DNA of 64,000 nt from Calditrichaceae bacterium (GTDB lineage Bacteria > Calditrichota > Calditrichia > Calditrichales > JBFXGD01): assembly GCA_050173015.1 (NCBI GenBank), contig JBFXLE010000008.1, positions 105,036 through 169,035 on the forward strand, in the 5' to 3' direction. The number at the start of each line of letters is the position of its first letter. Position 1 is the stretch's first letter. Made by a program: the position numbers and the translations under genes. Shown here piece after piece: positions 59,548-64,000 of this stretch. The notes beneath the pieces are model-generated. The model searched no databases, had not been told where the DNA came from, and saw nothing but the letters and a program-made list of their open reading frames with translations.

Positions 59548-60030
59548 CTAAATAACGGAAAATGTCCCGAAAAATTGATCAAATCTCTCGATCAGCCCGA
59601 TCGTCTCATCAAACCAATCGCTGGTTCTTTGATCAAGGTGTTCGGAATTTCTTGGATGAAGATAATTTACCTTCAGAAACACATCCTGACGGTTATGGGG
59701 AAAGTGATTCTTGAATACAAATTTCATATCCAGTTCCACACAGGTTTCATCGGGATGGAACAGAGATACCAGCCTTTTGCTTAATTTATTCTGTGAATCA
59801 TGCGTCCATGGATAGACTTTTTGCAGATGAGCCTCTTTGATCCGCAGATTGATGTAAGGCAACCGGGAACTCCTGGTTGGGGGATAAGTCAGCTGCCCTT
59901 CACAGATGTGAATCAGATCAAAGTGATTGAGCGCTGATAATTTCTGAGTCCATTTTTCCAGCTTTGTCGCGGGGGATTTTTTTGTTTTAGGTATGGTGTA
60001 TTCCTTTTCTTCCAGGGGTATAAGAGTCAT
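59548..60030 (-). CDS. Hypothetical protein
   Basis: 160 aa ORF with AAGGAG RBS; no family recognised. Confidence 0.6.
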   Translation of the reverse strand: MTLIPLEEKEYTIPKTKKSPATKLEKWTQKLSALNHFDLIHICEGQLTYPPTRSSRLPYINLRIKEAHLQKVYPWTHDSQNKLSKRLVSLFHPDETCVELDMKFVFKNHFPHNRQDVFLKVNYLHPRNSEHLDQRTSDWFDETIGLIERFDQFFGTFSVI

Positions 60031-60361
60031 CCATTTCTCCTTCTATAGATTTTCTGACATTATTTATAATCGGTCTGATTGGATGACAGCTTAATTTACT
60101 GTTTGGAACCGTTAGGATTCTGGCCAGTGTTGATTCGCGCCACATACCCGAAATGGGTACCGTCATACATCTAAAAAGGGTATCATACGGGCCATTCAAC
60201 CTATTTAATCTCCTTATTTATGCTCTTAATCACTTATAACCGTTTTTCCTGAATTATTTTAAATATATCGATTGTTGCACATTTGTACGCGCTTACTATT
60301 TAATATGTATCCGGGTGAACTGATTTTCGCGGTATTCATCCAAAGCATCTCGGGGGGATCG

Positions 60362-63097
60362 ATGAAGAAGTATTTTGTTATACTTTTGCTCTATTTATTT
60401 TTATTTCAACAGACTCATGCCCAAAGCATTCCGGATCGTTACCGCGCGAAGACTCCGGATGAAAAGAAGATTTCCACGCTGATACTAAATCTGATCCCGG
60501 TTATAAACGACAGAGTTTACAAAAACAATGAGCTCACGGCCGCTCAATTTTCGGCGGGGTATTCCAATTATCTTCTGCAGATAGATCAAAATCTCAGAAT
60601 ACGTGTAACGATCTCCGTCTCGGGTGATTTTAAAGAATCCCTTGCTTTTGTAAAATCATCAGGGGGAGAAATAACCGCCTTTAATGAAAAATTCGGTCTG
60701 ATCGACGCCTGGATTCCATTTAAAACCATCATTCCACTCGCTTCGGGTAAATTTATCACCAACATCCGGGAAACAGAAATGGGGCATACACGGTCAGGCT
60801 CCGTCACATCGGAAGGTGATACGCTTCATCATACGGATATTGTACGGAATATTCTTGGCGGTGACGGAACCGGGATCACGGTCGGGGTCATCTCAGATGG
60901 CTGCGACAGCATTACCGATCCGCAATCCACCGGTGATCTGCCCGCTTCCATCAATGTGATTGACAATTCCGAAGTAGGTGACGAGGGCACGGCCATGCTG
61001 GAAATTATTCACGATCTGGCGCCCGGCGCCGGACTGGCGTTTAGCGAGGGAATTGAATCTTCCACCGAATTTATCAATTCGATTAACGATCTGGTGGCGG
61101 CCGGTTGTCAGGTGGTGGTGGATGATATCGGATTTTTTGGCGAACCCTGGTTTGAAGAAGGTCCCATCGCCAGCGCCGCGAGGGACGCGATTGTCAACGA
61201 CGGGATTGTTTACGCTTCCTCCGCCGGTAATTCACGCGAAGATCATTATGAAGGCGACTTCAGCGGTTTGGGATCCCAATTGAGTCTGAATGATGTACAC
61301 GATTTCAGCGGCAGCGGTGACTGGACACAACAAATCCGGGTCGGGGGTTCCACAATGGTTATTATATACCTACAGTGGAGCGAGCCGTTCGACGGCGTGA
61401 CAAGTCAGTACGATGTACATCTCGCCAATCAATCTGCCACTTCACTGCTCTCCGTATCACGTAGCCGGCCGGATGTCAATGATCCCTATGTATATATTTG
61501 GTATTATAACTTCCTAACCACTGTCGATACGCTAAATGTTATTATAGAGAAGAATTCAGGGACTGACCGGCGCGTGGAACTGGCGTATAATTATTTTGGC
61601 AGCAGTTCTATTGCTGTCGATGAGTATTATGATCTTCCGGGCAGCATCAATGGGCAACCGGCCGTATCCGAGGTTATCGCCGCCGGTGCGGTGCGTTACG
61701 ATTCTCCCAATACGTTGGAGTACTTCAGTTCCATCGGGCCAAGCCGGATATATTCCTATCCATCCTACACCTATGAAGACCGAAACAAACCGGATATCGT
61801 CGCCGTGGATGGCAATATCATCACCGGGGCGGGCGGATTCGGACAGGAATATCCGGGCGGCAGCGGGCAGATACGCTTTTTTGGCACCTCGGCATCCGCG
61901 CCACACGCGGCGGCATGCGCGGCGGCGATCTGGTCCGCTTATCCGAATCTGACTAACACGCAGGTAAAAGACCGGATTTTAAACTCCGCCGTTGATCTTG
62001 GATCCGCCGGTTTCGATTATCTTTACGGTTACGGAAGAATCGACGCCCAACAGGCGGCCGATTCCCCGCAGTTCACCGTCAGCGGCATCAACGGAGCGAA
62101 TAATTCACTGATCAGCACTACCCTGGTTCCCGGTGACGCGCTCGCGGAACTGACCGGTTATACCTTCGCGGCTGATCAGTCTCCCCATAAAGTCTATCTC
62201 AATTCCATCAGTTTTTCCGTTGGCGGGACGGTAAACGCCAGTGATATTAATGATTTTTCCCTGTATGAAGACACGGATGGCGACAAAGTCATTACACCCG
62301 GCGTTGATAATTTGCTGGACAGCCGGTCATTTAATCAAAATCCCGTTTTCAGCAATCTTGGGTACAGCTTTAGCGATGCGGGAAGCGATCTGATTATCAC
62401 GGCGGATATCAAATCAACAGCCAATCCGGAACACACCATGAGCATCGCCCTTACAAACAACACCGATGTGAACGCCTATTTTGGCGTGTTTCCGTTTTCC
62501 ACCAATTTTCCCTTCAATTCCCCGGATATCAGTCTTCCGGTTGAACTGCTGTATTTCAGCGCGCTGCCAAAGGACGGTTATATTCATATCACCTGGGAAA
62601 CGGCTAGCGAAATCGACGCCGCTTTTTTTGAGATTGAAAAAAATGACACCGTGATCGCGCGAATATCGGCCGCCGGAAACAGCAGTTCCGGTCAACTCTA
62701 TTCCTTCCACGATAAAAACCCGCTCTATGACCGGGAATCGCGTTATACCCTGTATCTCACCGAAACAAACGGACAGAGGGAACGGCTTCAGTCATCCACC
62801 GCCACGTTGGCCTTGCCGGAAAATCCGCTTATTCTGCAAAACTATCCGAACCCTTTTAATCCCGAAACACGCATCCTCTATTCTCTTTCAAGAGACGCGC
62901 GTGTTGAGCTGACGATATTCGATATCAGGGGGGCGCTGGTCAGACAACTGGTGGATGAATATCAAACGGCGGATCAGTATGAACTTATATTTTCCGGTGA
63001 GCGGCTCGCCTCGGGAATTTATCTTCTCCGTCTGGTCACCTTAGACAATGACAGCGTCAGATCATCCCGGACACGGCGTATGCTGCTTCTCAGGTAG
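60362..63097 (+). CDS. Secreted subtilase (S8/S53-like) with C-terminal sorting tail
   Basis: Signal peptide from ATG 60362; GVISDG, DEGTAM, SAGN, FFGTSASAPH, YGYG; LPVELLYFSA and QNYPNPFNPET tail. Confidence 0.9.
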   Translation: MKKYFVILLLYLFLFQQTHAQSIPDRYRAKTPDEKKISTLILNLIPVINDRVYKNNELTAAQFSAGYSNYLLQIDQNLRIRVTISVSGDFKESLAFVKSSGGEITAFNEKFGLIDAWIPFKTIIPLASGKFITNIRETEMGHTRSGSVTSEGDTLHHTDIVRNILGGDGTGITVGVISDGCDSITDPQSTGDLPASINVIDNSEVGDEGTAMLEIIHDLAPGAGLAFSEGIESSTEFINSINDLVAAGCQVVVDDIGFFGEPWFEEGPIASAARDAIVNDGIVYASSAGNSREDHYEGDFSGLGSQLSLNDVHDFSGSGDWTQQIRVGGSTMVIIYLQWSEPFDGVTSQYDVHLANQSATSLLSVSRSRPDVNDPYVYIWYYNFLTTVDTLNVIIEKNSGTDRRVELAYNYFGSSSIAVDEYYDLPGSINGQPAVSEVIAAGAVRYDSPNTLEYFSSIGPSRIYSYPSYTYEDRNKPDIVAVDGNIITGAGGFGQEYPGGSGQIRFFGTSASAPHAAACAAAIWSAYPNLTNTQVKDRILNSAVDLGSAGFDYLYGYGRIDAQQAADSPQFTVSGINGANNSLISTTLVPGDALAELTGYTFAADQSPHKVYLNSISFSVGGTVNASDINDFSLYEDTDGDKVITPGVDNLLDSRSFNQNPVFSNLGYSFSDAGSDLIITADIKSTANPEHTMSIALTNNTDVNAYFGVFPFSTNFPFNSPDISLPVELLYFSALPKDGYIHITWETASEIDAAFFEIEKNDTVIARISAAGNSSSGQLYSFHDKNPLYDRESRYTLYLTETNGQRERLQSSTATLALPENPLILQNYPNPFNPETRILYSLSRDARVELTIFDIRGALVRQLVDEYQTADQYELIFSGERLASGIYLLRLVTLDNDSVRSSRTRRMLLLR

Positions 63098-63101
63098 CGA
63101 A

Positions 63102-63572
63102 TCAGGCAAACTGTACGGTCGATTTTACAATTTTCGGTTTAATCAGTTTTTCGAAATCCCTGTACTTCATTTTAACCAGCTCACGGTGAGAACCGGCGTT
63201 AAAGGCGATATCTTCATCATCGGTCAGGCTCTCCGCGACCAAAACCTGCATACCGTATAAATTTCCAAAGGGCGGCATGGCGCCGATTTCGCAGTCCGGG
63301 AATGAATACTTAAATTCCTCTTCGCTGGCCAGCTCCACATTTTTCGCGCCGATGTTCTCCTTTAGCATTTCAAAATTGACCCGGTACGAAGCGGGAAGCA
63401 CCAGCATGGCCAGTGCATTATCGATTTTGATCATCACCGTTTTGGCCATTTCCTTCCCGGGAATGTGAGCCAGCGCGGCGACTTCCTGCGCGGTGTAGGC
63501 CGGAGAATGACTAATCACCACATACTTGACCTTATGTTCGTCAAGCAGCTGTTTAATTTTTTTGACCGGCAT
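63102..63572 (-). CDS. YbaK/EbsC family aminoacyl-tRNA deacylase
   Basis: HSPAYTA, MAKTV, LASE, GAMPPFG, FNAG. Confidence 0.92.
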   Translation of the reverse strand: MPVKKIKQLLDEHKVKYVVISHSPAYTAQEVAALAHIPGKEMAKTVMIKIDNALAMLVLPASYRVNFEMLKENIGAKNVELASEEEFKYSFPDCEIGAMPPFGNLYGMQVLVAESLTDDEDIAFNAGSHRELVKMKYRDFEKLIKPKIVKSTVQFA

Positions 63573-63673
63573 GAATTTCCTCCCCTTTTTAATTGATTAA
63601 ATGTCTGAAACAATGAATCGGCTTATAAAACATTTTACTCACGAACGCCGCGGCTGTTTCACACGGGAGAGAA

Positions 63674-63771
63674 AAATAAGAAGTAGGAAGTAGGAATTGG
63701 AAGAAAAAAGATAAAAGAAAAAAGAAAAAAGATTAAGAGCGTTAAGAGAAAAGAGTTAAGAGTTAAGAGTA
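63674..63771. repeat. Intergenic heptamer-repeat element, copy 2
   Basis: AAGTAGG and GTTAAGA heptamer runs; 25-bp and 45-bp blocks identical to the reverse complement of blocks within 12443-12533. Confidence 0.9.
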
Positions 63772-64000
63772 AGGACAGACCGAATGCAGTTAACCGCGAA
63801 AATTTGATTCCCCAATCCCGAAGGGATGACATTATTGTAGAAAAACAAACCCCGCAACTGACCCTCCCCTCGATCCCCTCCCTTATGCATCAGGCTGTTG
63901 CAGAGGGGGAATACTAAAGGCTTATACTCGCGTATAAGTTTTTAGCAGGGTAAAAATTTTTTCTAACGATTCTCATAACGAGTTTCGTCAGTATGATCTT

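Overview
Gene-dense bacterial window. A C-terminal 'LPVEL...QNYPNPFNP' sorting tail and the gene content suggest an FCB-group anaerobe or facultative anaerobe such as Calditrichota or Ignavibacteria (inference). It holds: (i) the 3' end of an [FeFe]-hydrogenase with hydG-hydE and a convergent aspA-hydF pair; (ii) a TetR-TolC-HlyD-ABC efflux operon interrupted by a heptamer-repeat element that recurs inverted near 63.7 kb; (iii) housekeeping genes; (iv) a ~25 kb run of 26 co-oriented minus-strand genes (49474 to 24096, all gaps under ~90 bp); (v) acyl-CoA dehydrogenase, DUF819, a C69 dipeptidase, an L,D-transpeptidase trio, a subtilase with a Glu at the catalytic His position, and YbaK. The 25 kb run starts with a Cys-rich MerR regulator preceded by three TACAT-N6-ATGTA boxes. 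It continues with an NAD(P)H flavo-FeS oxidoreductase/Rieske/cytochrome b/pentaheme c module and a clade II nos cluster (nosZ, nosB, unknown, nosD, nosF, nosL, nosY). It ends in an unexplained 14-gene module: Cys-rich HPP-ending leader-like ORF, TlpA, three more NosL-like proteins, TonB receptor, DUF4198-like protein, NapH-like membrane FeS protein, double-cubane-cluster (DCCP-type) reductase plus ATP-dependent activator, and a LolCDE/MacB-type ABC with Cys/His-rich membrane partners. That module is the best candidate for an undescribed system. No rRNA, tRNA, CRISPR array or transposase was recognised. All family calls rest on motif recognition by eye, not database searches.
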